From Candidatus Latescibacterota bacterium (GTDB taxonomy: Bacteria > Latescibacterota > UBA2968 > UBA8231), in contig OZ241889.1 of assembly GCA_965203355.1 (NCBI GenBank), forward strand, positions 3,680,001-3,744,000: a stretch of DNA of 64,000 bases, written 5' to 3'. Positions 37,493 to 47,767 of the stretch are shown here, one piece after another (within the stretch, counting starts at the first letter, position 1; every line of letters begins with the position of its first letter). A program made the position numbers and the translations under genes. The notes beneath the pieces were generated by a model. It did no database searches. It had not been told where the DNA came from and was given only the letters and a program-made list of their open reading frames with translations.

Positions 37493-39391
37493 TCACCTCG
37501 GGATTTGCAAGGTCGTACCCGCCAGCAGCGTCTCCGAGAGGCCGATGTTGTTCTGGCGAGCAATAGCACTGGGAGCGAGGCCGAATCTGCGCGCAATACC
37601 GTGCAGCGTATCACCGGCGACCACGGTGTACATCTGCGTTTGTTCGTTGGCCACGGTTAGCTGTTGGCCCGGTTTAATCAGCACCCTTTTGAGGCCGTTC
37701 CACGCCTGCAAGTCGGCCACGCTAACCGAAAAGTCGCGGGCCAAGTCCCACAGCGTATCGCCCGGCTGCACCGTGTAGGTTTTGCCACCGCTCAGCACTT
37801 CTTGGCGGCTAGACGGCTGTTGCACCACCAATTTCTGACCGGGCTTGATCAGCGTGGTATGGAGGCCGTTCCATTGCATCAGGTCGCGCAGGCGCACCCC
37901 GTGCCTAAAGGCGATGGTGCTGAGCGAATCTTTCGGGCGCACCGTGTAGGTCTTCTCGCTGCGATTCGCTTGCTTGGCATGCTGGACAATCGGAGCCGAG
38001 ATCGGGATATAGAGCACTTGCCGCGGTCGGATGAGATTGGGGTTTTTGAGGCTATTGGCCGCGATGACGACCCGCGTGGAAACGCCAAAGATCTGGGCGA
38101 TGCTAGAGATCGTGTCGCCGCGTTGCACCTGGTACTGATGGATCGCGGCTCCCGGCGGGACCGGCAGGCTAGCGTACTGGTCGAGCAAGATCCGGCCCTG
38201 GCCCGGCGGCACCTTCAAAACATAAGGCCGGCGGCTCCCCGGCGGCGTGATGTCTTGGCGCAGCTCGGGATTGAGGTCGTGCAACACCCCGCGTTCAATG
38301 CCCAACAGCTTGGCGGCCGCTTTCAGATCGACATAGAGCCAGTCTTTGGGCAGGACGACTTCTTCGTATGCAAAGGCCGACTCTTCGGCTTGAGGTTCAA
38401 AACCAAAAAGCGACGGCTCCTTGGCTATGATGGTCGCGGCCATAAAAAGCGGTACGTAGTTTTTTGTTTCGCGGGGCAGATCGAGTTGCCAGTAGTCATT
38501 GGTGTCGGCGCGGGCGATGGCCCGGCGGACTCGCCCAGGCCCGGCGTTGTACGCCGCCAACGCTAAACGCCAGTCGCCAAACTCGGCCAAAAGGTCTTTT
38601 AGGTACCGGGTAGCCGCAACGGTCGCCTTGACCGGATCGCGCCGCTCGTCAACCCAGTGGTTTCGCTTGAGGCCCATCATGCGACCAGTGTGCGCCATAA
38701 ACTGCCACAATCCCACCGCACGCGACCGCGAATAGGCCCTTGGGTTGAGACCACTTTCGATAACCGCTAGATAGAAAAGATCGCTGGGCATCCCCTCGCG
38801 TTGGAGAATATCGGTGATCAGGGTGCGATAGCGCCCAGCGCGCCGCAACCAAGTGGCAAAGGTCTGGCGGCCCCGCGTCTGAAAAAATTGGAGACTGGCA
38901 ATGACGCGGTCATTGGCATCAATGGGCATGTCGCTGCGGCGACCGAGACGTTGGATGAGCACCAAAGGCTTGGCATCGGTCGGCAGATCCTCGATTTTTT
39001 CCTGAGATAGCCCTTCAAGTAAAAGGTTCAAATGGCTGTCGGCGGGAAAGCGCTCCAAGTGCGGCAACAGGTAGAGATAGGTCTGCTCAATGGCTAAGCT
39101 GAGAGCCGCCGCCTGCGCGGTATCCACCAGCGCGTCGTGCTGGTCGAGGTCCGCGAGAATGCCAAGGGCCGCATCGAGCGATTCTTGCGCCCGTTGAGTC
39201 TGACCGAGAGCGTGGCTTTCGGTAGCAAACAGCAAGTGCCAGCGAACAGCGCGTAAATCGGCCGTATCTGGCGGTGGATCCTCAACCGTCACGACCGGGG
39301 CGACCTCATCGTCGAAGACCTTCGGTCCGGTGCTTTTGCCATGGGCACAAGCCATGAGCAGTAAGGCGATGACACAGCAGCACAAGCGCAT
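37493..39391 (-). CDS. MltD-like lytic transglycosylase with four LysM domains
   Basis: IESG, A.GLWQFM, VDERRDP, AAYNAG and ETKNYV motifs; Y.V..GD.L repeats. Confidence 0.9.
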   Translation of the reverse strand: MRLCCCVIALLLMACAHGKSTGPKVFDDEVAPVVTVEDPPPDTADLRAVRWHLLFATESHALGQTQRAQESLDAALGILADLDQHDALVDTAQAAALSLAIEQTYLYLLPHLERFPADSHLNLLLEGLSQEKIEDLPTDAKPLVLIQRLGRRSDMPIDANDRVIASLQFFQTRGRQTFATWLRRAGRYRTLITDILQREGMPSDLFYLAVIESGLNPRAYSRSRAVGLWQFMAHTGRMMGLKRNHWVDERRDPVKATVAATRYLKDLLAEFGDWRLALAAYNAGPGRVRRAIARADTNDYWQLDLPRETKNYVPLFMAATIIAKEPSLFGFEPQAEESAFAYEEVVLPKDWLYVDLKAAAKLLGIERGVLHDLNPELRQDITPPGSRRPYVLKVPPGQGRILLDQYASLPVPPGAAIHQYQVQRGDTISSIAQIFGVSTRVVIAANSLKNPNLIRPRQVLYIPISAPIVQHAKQANRSEKTYTVRPKDSLSTIAFRHGVRLRDLMQWNGLHTTLIKPGQKLVVQQPSSRQEVLSGGKTYTVQPGDTLWDLARDFSVSVADLQAWNGLKRVLIKPGQQLTVANEQTQMYTVVAGDTLHGIARRFGLAPSAIARQNNIGLSETLLAGTTLQIPR

Positions 39392-39397
39392 GGCGCG

Positions 39398-40174
39398 TTA
39401 CTCCTCCTGCGAGACGATAATCTGGGAGCGGACCTTGAGGGCGTTGGGGTAATACCTCCCTATTCGTTCGGCCGCGGCCTGGGCTTGCGCCTCGGTCCGA
39501 TAGTTGCCGACTTCGATCTTGTAGTACGGTCCCCTAAGAATCACGTTGATGTCTTCGCGCTTCAGGCGCTTTTTGGCCTCTTCCGCGAGGCGAACGGCCT
39601 TGTCGTGATCGTGCGCTAGGAACTGGTCGATCAGCACTCGCCAGCCAGTGATACTCACCATCTCGGGCGCGGCCTCGGCCGGAACGGCGTTGGGCCCTGC
39701 GCTCGTCGGAACTTCGACGACATAGGCATCGGCGTAATCCGGGCCCAGTGCGGCAACCTGTTCCTTGAGGGCCGCGGCCGCGGCGTAGGTAGCGTATTGG
39801 CCAGCTTGCAAAACCGAATGTGCGTTGCGGACCACCAGATAAACCCTCACGCCGAGTGTACGCTCTAATTCGGCGCGGCGCTGGCGGGCTATGGCTTCAT
39901 TACTCAGGGCCACTAGCTGGAGGCGATAGACCGAAGTGCTCCCGGCCAGGGTGGGATCTTGTGCGGAAGCCTCTGGCTCCGCTCGGACTGGGGCCTGCTC
40001 GCGGTTTTCTCGTTGAACCGGCTCAATTAGCAAATCTTCGTCGAGCGTACGCGGATCGAATTCTTCGCGGCGGACCGGTTCGGAATCGCCCGCATCACTG
40101 CGCCAGCGCGGTGCGCTCGCGCAGTGGGCCGTACCGAGCAGGGCCAGCAAGAGGAGGAAAAAGTACGTTTTCAT
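39398..40174 (-). CDS. SPOR-domain lipoprotein
   Basis: Signal peptide with Cys; two SPOR-like units (YRLQL..., PYYKIEVGNY...A..A). Confidence 0.7.
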   Translation of the reverse strand: MKTYFFLLLLALLGTAHCASAPRWRSDAGDSEPVRREEFDPRTLDEDLLIEPVQRENREQAPVRAEPEASAQDPTLAGSTSVYRLQLVALSNEAIARQRRAELERTLGVRVYLVVRNAHSVLQAGQYATYAAAAALKEQVAALGPDYADAYVVEVPTSAGPNAVPAEAAPEMVSITGWRVLIDQFLAHDHDKAVRLAEEAKKRLKREDINVILRGPYYKIEVGNYRTEAQAQAAAERIGRYYPNALKVRSQIIVSQEE

Positions 40175-41211
40175 GGCTCAATCCAAGCGCGCAGGGTGGG
40201 TTCGTACGGAGCGCGGGCGACGCCCTTTTCCGAAATGATCGCCGACACCAAGTCGCCGGGCGTGACGTCAAAGGCCGGATTGTAAACCGGCACCGCGTCC
40301 GGGGCTGTGCGCTGGCCCATGCCTTGGCGCACCTCGGCCGCGTCGCGCTTTTCAATGGGGATTTCCGCACCCGAGGCCAAGGCCAGGTCGAGGGTTGAGA
40401 CCGGCGCGGCCACGTAGAAAGGCACGTCGTGTTCGCGGGCGAGGATCGCCAGCCCATAGGTGCCAATTTTGTTGGCCACGTCGCCATTTTTGGCGATGCG
40501 GTCCGCGCCCACGATACAGCAGTCAATCGCCTCATTGCGCAGCACGACCGCAGCCGCATTGTCGCAGATGACCTTGACGTCGATGCCGCTCTGCATCAAC
40601 TCCCATGCGGTCAGCCGCGAACCTTGGAGCAAGGGGCGAGTTTCGTCGGCAAATACGGCGACTTTCTTACCTGCCTCTTGGGCCGCATAGACGATGCCCA
40701 AGGCCGTGCCGTAGTCGGCCGTGGCCAAGCTGCCGGCGTTGCAGTGGGTGATGACTTGGCTGCCATCGCGCAGGAGCGCCGCGCCGTGGGCACCAATCTG
40801 GCGGCAGACTTGGCGGTCTTCCTCAAAGAGGCGGTGAGCAGCCGCTAGCAAGGCGGCGCAGACAGCGCGGTTATCGCGGCCCCGATTCGCCCCCAATACC
40901 TCCTGCATCTGATCTAAGGCCCAGAACAGATTGACTGCGGTAGGTCGGGTGCGGGCGAGGCGAGCAATGGCCGTTTCCACGCGACGACAAAAAGCCTCGG
41001 GCGTGCAATCAACCGCGGCGTACGCGCCCACCACCACGCCATACGCAGCCGCCAAGCCAATGGCCGGGGCACCGCGCACCACCAGTCCTTCAATGGCGCG
41101 GGCGATGGCTTCGGTGTCGCGGTAGGTAGTGTACACCAGTTCCTCGGGCAAGCGAGTCTGATCGAGCAAGACCAGCGCGTCGTCTTGCCATTTGAGCGTT
41201 TGCATCGGCAT
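40171..41211 (-). CDS. mtnA: S-methyl-5-thioribose-1-phosphate isomerase
   Basis: LDQTRLP, VRGAPAIG, RPTAVNL, THCNAGSLAT, ETRPLLQG and ANKIGTY motifs. Confidence 0.95.
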   Translation of the reverse strand: MPMQTLKWQDDALVLLDQTRLPEELVYTTYRDTEAIARAIEGLVVRGAPAIGLAAAYGVVVGAYAAVDCTPEAFCRRVETAIARLARTRPTAVNLFWALDQMQEVLGANRGRDNRAVCAALLAAAHRLFEEDRQVCRQIGAHGAALLRDGSQVITHCNAGSLATADYGTALGIVYAAQEAGKKVAVFADETRPLLQGSRLTAWELMQSGIDVKVICDNAAAVVLRNEAIDCCIVGADRIAKNGDVANKIGTYGLAILAREHDVPFYVAAPVSTLDLALASGAEIPIEKRDAAEVRQGMGQRTAPDAVPVYNPAFDVTPGDLVSAIISEKGVARAPYEPTLRAWIEP

Positions 41212-41618
41212 TAGAAGGTCGAAAACTCAAAGGGGTTTTCTGCCGCTTCCTCGGGCGCCCCCCCATCGGGGAAGTCCGTGCGCGCGGCGTCGCCCCACAG
41301 CCTTTCTAGGCCGTAAAAATCGCGCACTTCCTCGCGAAAGATGTGGACGACAAAATCGACGTAATCTATCAGCACCCAGCGCCGCGTATCCACCCCTTCG
41401 ATGTGCCAAGGCTTTTCCCCTATCTCGGCGAGTTGATCCCGCACTTCGTCGGTGAGGCTGCGGATGTGCTGTTCAGAAGTGCCCGTACAGAGCAGGAAGT
41501 AGTCGCAGGTGTCGGTGATGTCGCGCAGGTCCAGCAAGGTTATTGCGAGGGCCTTTTTATCTTGTAAAACTTCTACGATGCGGGCGATGCTCGGCTCTTG
41601 GGACAGACTCATGGACAT
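41211..41618 (-). CDS. rsfS: Ribosome silencing factor
   Basis: DKKA..I..LD, WVLIDYVD.VVHIF and FYGLERLW motifs. Confidence 0.93.
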   Translation of the reverse strand: MSMSLSQEPSIARIVEVLQDKKALAITLLDLRDITDTCDYFLLCTGTSEQHIRSLTDEVRDQLAEIGEKPWHIEGVDTRRWVLIDYVDFVVHIFREEVRDFYGLERLWGDAARTDFPDGGAPEEAAENPFEFSTF

Positions 41619-41630
41619 TTTCTCGCAGGG

Positions 41631-42098
41631 TTACTTAACCGGGTCGAGCAGGCCGATGCGGCGGTAGTCGTGCCCGATGACAATCGAGACGCGCGCCAAG
41701 CTGAACTGATCTTCCTTCTTCTGGCGAATAAAATGGGGGATACCCAAGACATTCGCCACTTGTCTGGCTTGCTCGATATCGCCGTCCAAAGCAACGACGA
41801 TCGTGTGCAGGTGATTGAAGCTGGGTGCATTACCTTCGTGAATCACATCTAGCCCGAGGGCGCGCGCCTTTTTACGGAGACGGGCGGCGATCTGGGGTTC
41901 GCCTCCGCCATTGAGGATTTCGACCCGAATGGGGCTACGCTGGGGAGCGGTTTTCGACTTGGCAACTTCCCGCTGAAGCACGGGCTCGGGGGCCGTAGCA
42001 GAGTGCGGCCAGAAAGCCGTCTTGAGGAGCAGGGCTACGGCCACCGCGGCCAGCCCCCACAAAATTAGCTCTTGCAGGTTGGGGTTTCCTCGCTCCAT
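41631..42098 (-). CDS. LytR C-terminal domain membrane protein
   Basis: IRVEILNG.G, GNA and V.IVIG.D motifs; typical neighbour of rsfS. Confidence 0.8.
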   Translation of the reverse strand: MERGNPNLQELILWGLAAVAVALLLKTAFWPHSATAPEPVLQREVAKSKTAPQRSPIRVEILNGGGEPQIAARLRKKARALGLDVIHEGNAPSFNHLHTIVVALDGDIEQARQVANVLGIPHFIRQKKEDQFSLARVSIVIGHDYRRIGLLDPVK

Positions 42099-42167
42099 TG
42101 CTCCATCGTCATTACATTCAAGTGAATAAGAAACGGCAAGTTACGTCAAGCAAACAAAGGAAGAACC

Positions 42168-43121
42168 ATGGAGTTCTTGCGCGAAGAAATCTTTGCCCAT
42201 CACTTCTCCACGGCTGACTTTCTCGCCGCCTGTCACCAAGCGTTTGAGCACTACGGCGCGGGGGTCATCCACAATCCACCGCGCACTGAATCCATCCAAA
42301 AGCGCGGAGCATTCGACTACTTTCGCTTGGACATGCCAGCCGAATGGCCGGGGAAGTTTCGCACGTGCAAGATCATCGAAGAATTTTCAGACGTGGCGAG
42401 CGGGCGGTTGGCCAAGCGGGAAGCGTATATCGCATTGAAAGCACTGCAACAGAGCCGATCGTGGCGGCTAGAGGCCGGATACATCACCGACCAGCGCACG
42501 GGCGCGGCCGGCGCACTGGGCCTTCAATATCTAGCGGGCAAATCCATCAAGCGAGTCGCCATTCTGGGAACCGGCCGGATTGCGCGGGCCTTGGCCCTGT
42601 CCTGCGACGCACTCTTTGATCTAGCGGAGATTGCCTGCACGAGTCGCCGGCCTGAGAACCGCGCGGCGTTTGCCGAAGCGGTCGAACCAGCTCTGTGCGC
42701 CAGCCTGCGGATGGCAGCCTCGCTAGAAGCGTGTATAGCCGGTGCCGACGCCGTGCTGACGGCGGTGCCGACGCCGCAGCCCATTTTGACCGCGGCGATG
42801 CTGGCCGACGTGCCTTATCTCGCCGTCATCGCCGGGGACAGTCGCACGCGCCAACTCGCGCCAGCAGTACTCTACGAGCGCACGGTCGTCGTCGATATCC
42901 TCGCTCAAGCCCAGCAGTCCGGGGAGTTCCGCTTTGCGGCGGAGCAGGGCCAAGCTGCGCCGATCGCCTTGGCGCGCAACGTCGAAGGCAAGGTGCTGGA
43001 TATCGGCGATGCGGCCTGCGGGCGTCTTGGCACGTCCGCGCCGAGCGCGGTCTATCTGACAGGCATGGGGGCGCAGGACTTGTGTGCGGCGGCCATGGTG
43101 TACCACCGCCTGCTCACTTGA
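42168..43121 (+). CDS. Ornithine cyclodeaminase/mu-crystallin family protein
   Basis: ITDQRTGAAG, ILGTG and TGMGAQD motifs. Confidence 0.8.
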   Translation: MEFLREEIFAHHFSTADFLAACHQAFEHYGAGVIHNPPRTESIQKRGAFDYFRLDMPAEWPGKFRTCKIIEEFSDVASGRLAKREAYIALKALQQSRSWRLEAGYITDQRTGAAGALGLQYLAGKSIKRVAILGTGRIARALALSCDALFDLAEIACTSRRPENRAAFAEAVEPALCASLRMAASLEACIAGADAVLTAVPTPQPILTAAMLADVPYLAVIAGDSRTRQLAPAVLYERTVVVDILAQAQQSGEFRFAAEQGQAAPIALARNVEGKVLDIGDAACGRLGTSAPSAVYLTGMGAQDLCAAAMVYHRLLT

Positions 43122-45963
43122 ACAACCCCGAGTACTTAAAGGTCATAATGTAATCCTGCGAGCCTTTCCTTTTTTCTTGCGGCCGGCTGTCGTAAATATC
43201 CCAGCCGAAGCCAAAGAGAAACTGATCCTTGTAAAAGGAAACGGCCACGCCCAGCGAAATGGCCAGCGAGTTTCCGGTCGACAGGGCTTCAAGGACATTG
43301 CCGATGGCGGTAAAATGGATGCCGGAAATCGACGGGCTATCCACGTTGTGCCAGCCGGCAAAGGCCAATCCGGGCAAGCCAATCAGGCGCTCGGTTTGGC
43401 CCGGGATCGCGTTGCCGTCGGCGTCGGTATAATCGCGGCCGGGACGGATCGTCAAAAAGGAAACCAGTGGCTTGGCCTCAAATTCCCACCTCCAGCCCCC
43501 GGCTTCCAAAAGCTGCGACACGCTCTGCGGCGGAGCACCCGGGTAGCTATGGGTGGTAATTTTGAGCCGCACGCGGCGATTGTCTTCTTCCGACAACCGC
43601 AAGTTGAGATCTTCGGCCAGGACGCGCTCGCCGCTCGACTCGTAGATGGGAACCTTCTGCTTTTGAGTACTGCTTTTGCTTTTGGGGTCATAGTTTTCGT
43701 CGAGTGGAGTCCACTCGACGACCAGTTCGCGACCGATTAACGCCGGCCGCAGGGAGTCGGGAATCGCAAAGGCTACATCCACTTTGGTACCGTCTTTTTG
43801 CACCACCGGCGTATTGTCCCAGCCGACCGCCAAGGGCTGGGTCTGCTCGCCGCGCGAAACCAAAACTTCGACAATCTGCGCCAAGTCAATGTCGGCGAGC
43901 ACCCCGCGTCCCTTGTATTCGAGTGGACGGGCGCGGTCCTTGACATCATTGCTAATCAACAGAACGCGCCCTCGGCGGTCGCCCAAGGCATTAGGCGTAA
44001 AAAATAGCGTGAGGCGGGCGGACTCGCCCGGGGCCAGTGCGAATTGCGCCGGTGCCACTTGGGCCTCTTTGCTTTGGGAATGCGCCTCGACTTGCAGCAC
44101 AGTATCGCCGACGTTAGTGGCCACCAAGGTCCTTTCTGTTTGTTCCCGCAAGACCGCGTAGCCAAAATCGACGACGCCCGCCGGATTCAGCTCGATTTCC
44201 GCGGCCACGCCGTTGCCCTTGAGCAGGATGTCGAGCGTCATCATCTCATGCGCGCCCAAGCCATCCAAGCGCAAAGTCCCGGAAATCGCTCCGCGGGTCG
44301 ACGGGCTAAAGGCCACGTGCAACGGCAAGGTGCGCTGGCTGTGGGCCGGTAGCAAGAACTTGCTGTGGGCGTCGATTGAGGTGTGAGCGGTAAACTCGCT
44401 ACTCGTCGATCGAAGCTGGTTAATCTCAAAGTCGGCGTTGCCCACATTGGCTATCTCGAGGACTCGGCTGCTGCTTTCGCCAACGGCGACTCGACCGAAA
44501 TCCACGGTCGCCGGGCTGAGGGCGAAAAACTGGCCGACGCCCTGCAAGCGCACGGTCTGGCGTTCTGCTCCGGCCTCGACGTGGAGGACGGCTTGGCGAG
44601 CGCCGGCTTCCTTGGGCGAAAAACTCAGGGCCACTTGCGCACCAGCTTTAGGCTGAACCAGGACCGAGTGCTGTTCGAGACCAAATTCAACGCCCTCGTC
44701 CGCCGCCAGGGCGACCTCCACTACACCCGGCTGGCCCCCCTTGTTCCACAACAGCAAATGGCCGCGCACGGTCCCGCCGATGGGCACGCGGCCAAAGTCA
44801 ACGGCGCCATTGATAATCTCAATGCGCGGCGGGCTGATTTGGCCGCGACCCGCGAGGGGGATGGCCACTTCGGCGGCTTGTGGATCGCTAGTGGACAGAC
44901 GCAGGACGCCGCTTCGTTCCCCTTCGCTCTGCGGCACAAACGCCGCACTCAGGTCGAGTCGCCCTTTGGGCGCAATGGTCGCCGACGAATCCACCACGCC
45001 AAGGACAAAAGCCGCCCCTTCAATGGCGGCGTTTTCAAGGTGCAACTCGGCTTGGCCCTGATTGAGGACGGTCACGCGGCGCGTTAGGCGCTGGCCCACT
45101 TCAACGGCGCCAAAGTCGAGACCCACTTGTGGGAGGGGCGAAAAGGCCGCTTGCGGCACTAACCCGCGCCCGCGCAAGGGAATGGACCAATTCCCAACGT
45201 CGGGCGCGGCCACGACGAATTCGGTCGCGACCAGCCCCTTGCGCCTCGGGGAGAATGCAACGTCGATCCGCGTTTCACCCCCGGGAGCAGGCCAAGTGCC
45301 AACCTCGCCCGCAACGCTAAAAGGCTCTTGTAGATCGGCAACTTCCAGCCGCCCAGCCGCCACGGACACGGCACCGGTGTTTTTGACAATAACGGCGGCC
45401 GTCGCCACTTGCCCGACGGGCACTGCGCCAAAATCCAACCCTTCGGCCGGCAAGATCACTAGAGTCGGAACGACGGCGGCGGCTTGGAGCGGCACGGCCA
45501 AGCGCTCGTCTTTGAACAAGCCGGCTACCTGCAATGTCAGTTCGCCTACATGCGCTCTGGCTACCGTAGCACGGAAGCGCACTTCGACGCGGCTGACGCT
45601 CTTACCGCCCAGGCGCAGCGTATCCGGTGATGCGTCAAAACCAGCACCGTTAATGCCGACGATCACTTCGATTGCATCGTCTTGTAGATTTTCGACGGAA
45701 ACAGACGCGCGCGTCTCCACGCCAACGCCGACTATACCCAAGTCGATAGCATTCGAGTCCGTGGCGAGGGATTGGGCGCGTAGAGCCGCTGGCAGGAACA
45801 GGAGGGCAAGTAGCAGCAAAAAAGAAGAGCGACCAACCAGCCAGAATACCGAATACAATGTTTGTCGAAGTTCCACGTCGTAGAGGAGTGGAAAACTTCC
45901 TCTGAGGTATTCTTCGCGCCGATTCAGGTCGCTCTCTGTTCGTTGAAACATACGCTTAAACAA
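43114..45963 (-). CDS. Secreted protein with ~6 ASH/choice-of-anchor-D-like Ig repeats
   Basis: Repeated [LV]DFG.V..G...V.N.G...F.P...G...G.L units. The true start is probably nearer the signal peptide FLLLLALLFLPAALRA. Confidence 0.75.
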   Translation of the reverse strand: MFKRMFQRTESDLNRREEYLRGSFPLLYDVELRQTLYSVFWLVGRSSFLLLLALLFLPAALRAQSLATDSNAIDLGIVGVGVETRASVSVENLQDDAIEVIVGINGAGFDASPDTLRLGGKSVSRVEVRFRATVARAHVGELTLQVAGLFKDERLAVPLQAAAVVPTLVILPAEGLDFGAVPVGQVATAAVIVKNTGAVSVAAGRLEVADLQEPFSVAGEVGTWPAPGGETRIDVAFSPRRKGLVATEFVVAAPDVGNWSIPLRGRGLVPQAAFSPLPQVGLDFGAVEVGQRLTRRVTVLNQGQAELHLENAAIEGAAFVLGVVDSSATIAPKGRLDLSAAFVPQSEGERSGVLRLSTSDPQAAEVAIPLAGRGQISPPRIEIINGAVDFGRVPIGGTVRGHLLLWNKGGQPGVVEVALAADEGVEFGLEQHSVLVQPKAGAQVALSFSPKEAGARQAVLHVEAGAERQTVRLQGVGQFFALSPATVDFGRVAVGESSSRVLEIANVGNADFEINQLRSTSSEFTAHTSIDAHSKFLLPAHSQRTLPLHVAFSPSTRGAISGTLRLDGLGAHEMMTLDILLKGNGVAAEIELNPAGVVDFGYAVLREQTERTLVATNVGDTVLQVEAHSQSKEAQVAPAQFALAPGESARLTLFFTPNALGDRRGRVLLISNDVKDRARPLEYKGRGVLADIDLAQIVEVLVSRGEQTQPLAVGWDNTPVVQKDGTKVDVAFAIPDSLRPALIGRELVVEWTPLDENYDPKSKSSTQKQKVPIYESSGERVLAEDLNLRLSEEDNRRVRLKITTHSYPGAPPQSVSQLLEAGGWRWEFEAKPLVSFLTIRPGRDYTDADGNAIPGQTERLIGLPGLAFAGWHNVDSPSISGIHFTAIGNVLEALSTGNSLAISLGVAVSFYKDQFLFGFGWDIYDSRPQEKRKGSQDYIMTFKYSGLFK

Positions 45964-45972
45964 CCTACCATG

Positions 45973-47145
45973 TCAAGCGGAAAGAAGTTGCTCCAACCCT
46001 CGGACGAGCCGATCCATGCCCTCGGCCACATCCTTTTGGCGCAATGCACCGTAGGCGACGCGCAAATAGCAGTCCGCGCTCAATCCGAAGGCATTGCCAG
46101 GGATGACGGCGACCTTGTGATCCCGCACCAAGCGAGCGACCACGTCCATCGCGTCCAGATCGGTTTGCAGACGCGCCAACAAATAAAAAGCACCCTCGGC
46201 CGCCGGAACTTGCACTCGCGCGCCGATCTCGCCCAGCCGCTCTAGGCAAAGCCGGCGCACCGCATCCATACCCGCTAGATGAGTCCTACAGTATGCAGAG
46301 CCGACCGCGAGCGCCCCGAGCGCAGCGCGTTGCGAGATGACCGGCGGGCAGATGAGCACAGTGTCTTGAATTTTTTCTAGCGCGCTCAACAGATGCCGTG
46401 GAGCCACGAGGTAACCGACCCGCCAACTGGCGAGGCCGTAGGCTTTGGAAAAGGAAAAAAGCGAGATGGTGTGCTCGGCACTGTGGGACAGTGAGCCGGG
46501 CGAAAAGTGTCGCGCCGCGCCGTAGGTGAAGTACTCGTACGCCTCGTCGGAAAAGTGGTAGAGACCCCGCTCGCGGCAGAGCCGATTGACCGCAGCCAAG
46601 TCCGCGGGCCGATAGACCGCACCCGTTGGATTGTTGGGCGAGATCGTGACAATGGCGCGGGTGCGCGCTGTGATCGCGGCGGCAATCGCGTCGAGGTCGA
46701 GCTGATAGGCCGCGTCTGTAGCCACGAGCACGGCCCGGCAGTTGGCCAAGGCCAAGGCCATTTCGTGGTTGAAATAAAAAGGCGACATCACGACGATCTC
46801 ATCGCCCGGGTCGGCAATGGCGAGCAAGGCGTGGTAAAAGCCCATGTTGGAACCTGCCGTGACCATCAAGACCTGATCGTCGCCCACCTCGATCTGATTC
46901 TCGCGCACGAGTTTTTGGTGCAGCTCTTCCCTGAGTTCGGGCAGGCCAAGGGCGGCCTGATAGTGATGTTCGGCAATCGCACCGCCGAATTGGGCCACCG
47001 CCTGCATGGCTTGGGGTGGCGGCGGGTAGTGAACTACGCCTTGGCCGAGGGAAATGGTGCCCGGGTTATCGCGGATGAGGGCGGCCACATGCGGGATCAC
47101 CGGGCTTTGTACCGCCTGTACGCGCTTTGAGTCGAACATGGGCAT
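45973..47145 (-). CDS. PLP-dependent aminotransferase class I/II
   Basis: ISLGQG, SPNNPTG, SDEAY and SFSKAYGLASWRVG motifs. Confidence 0.92.
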   Translation of the reverse strand: MPMFDSKRVQAVQSPVIPHVAALIRDNPGTISLGQGVVHYPPPPQAMQAVAQFGGAIAEHHYQAALGLPELREELHQKLVRENQIEVGDDQVLMVTAGSNMGFYHALLAIADPGDEIVVMSPFYFNHEMALALANCRAVLVATDAAYQLDLDAIAAAITARTRAIVTISPNNPTGAVYRPADLAAVNRLCRERGLYHFSDEAYEYFTYGAARHFSPGSLSHSAEHTISLFSFSKAYGLASWRVGYLVAPRHLLSALEKIQDTVLICPPVISQRAALGALAVGSAYCRTHLAGMDAVRRLCLERLGEIGARVQVPAAEGAFYLLARLQTDLDAMDVVARLVRDHKVAVIPGNAFGLSADCYLRVAYGALRQKDVAEGMDRLVRGLEQLLSA

Positions 47146-47155
47146 GGGATTTTTG

Positions 47156-47767
47156 CTATCCTTCTATGCCTACAATGACCAGCGGAACCGTTGGTACGCC
47201 ACGTCCTTGTCGTACTACGTTGTACAACTCCCCCTCGTAATAAGCTACTCCAGAACTCATTTGCGATTGCAAGGTCTTCGTCGGCAATATCTCAATGCCC
47301 ACATCTATCTGATCGCCAACATAAAAAGCAAGATGCTTTACAAATAAGTCGTATGCAACGAATGAATACTTGCCAAATTGCACCTCGATAGCTACTCTAT
47401 TTTTCACAAAATCAGTCTGATTGTAACTGAAGATTGGCTCCTGACCTGCTCGCCGAATTTCCTCCTTCTGATTCTCAGCAGACATTGTAAGAGTCCTTCT
47501 TATCAGCCCCTCATCTTTCGTCACCCAATAGTTGACCCGACTTTCAGACCATCCCTGCGATTTTAGCAACCTCTTAAACGCTTTATTCATTTCTACGGGA
47601 CTATATAGTAAGCGTCCCTCCATAGTTCTCTCTCGTGATACTTTTGTCTTGCAAGCATTGCCATCTACTTGCTCGATCACCTCCTTTATCTCTGTCCATA
47701 GGTCTGAGCGATGAACGAGTAGGTATTCAAGTCCGTTTAAGTGAGAGTATGCTTCAGCTACCTTCAT
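47156..47767 (-). CDS. Type II restriction endonuclease, BglII/BstYI family
   Basis: YSHLNG.E, QTDFVKNRVAIEVQFGKY (D...ExQ active site) and G.EILP motifs; low GC; 4-bp overlap with the methyltransferase gene. Confidence 0.85.
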   Translation of the reverse strand: MKVAEAYSHLNGLEYLLVHRSDLWTEIKEVIEQVDGNACKTKVSRERTMEGRLLYSPVEMNKAFKRLLKSQGWSESRVNYWVTKDEGLIRRTLTMSAENQKEEIRRAGQEPIFSYNQTDFVKNRVAIEVQFGKYSFVAYDLFVKHLAFYVGDQIDVGIEILPTKTLQSQMSSGVAYYEGELYNVVRQGRGVPTVPLVIVGIEG

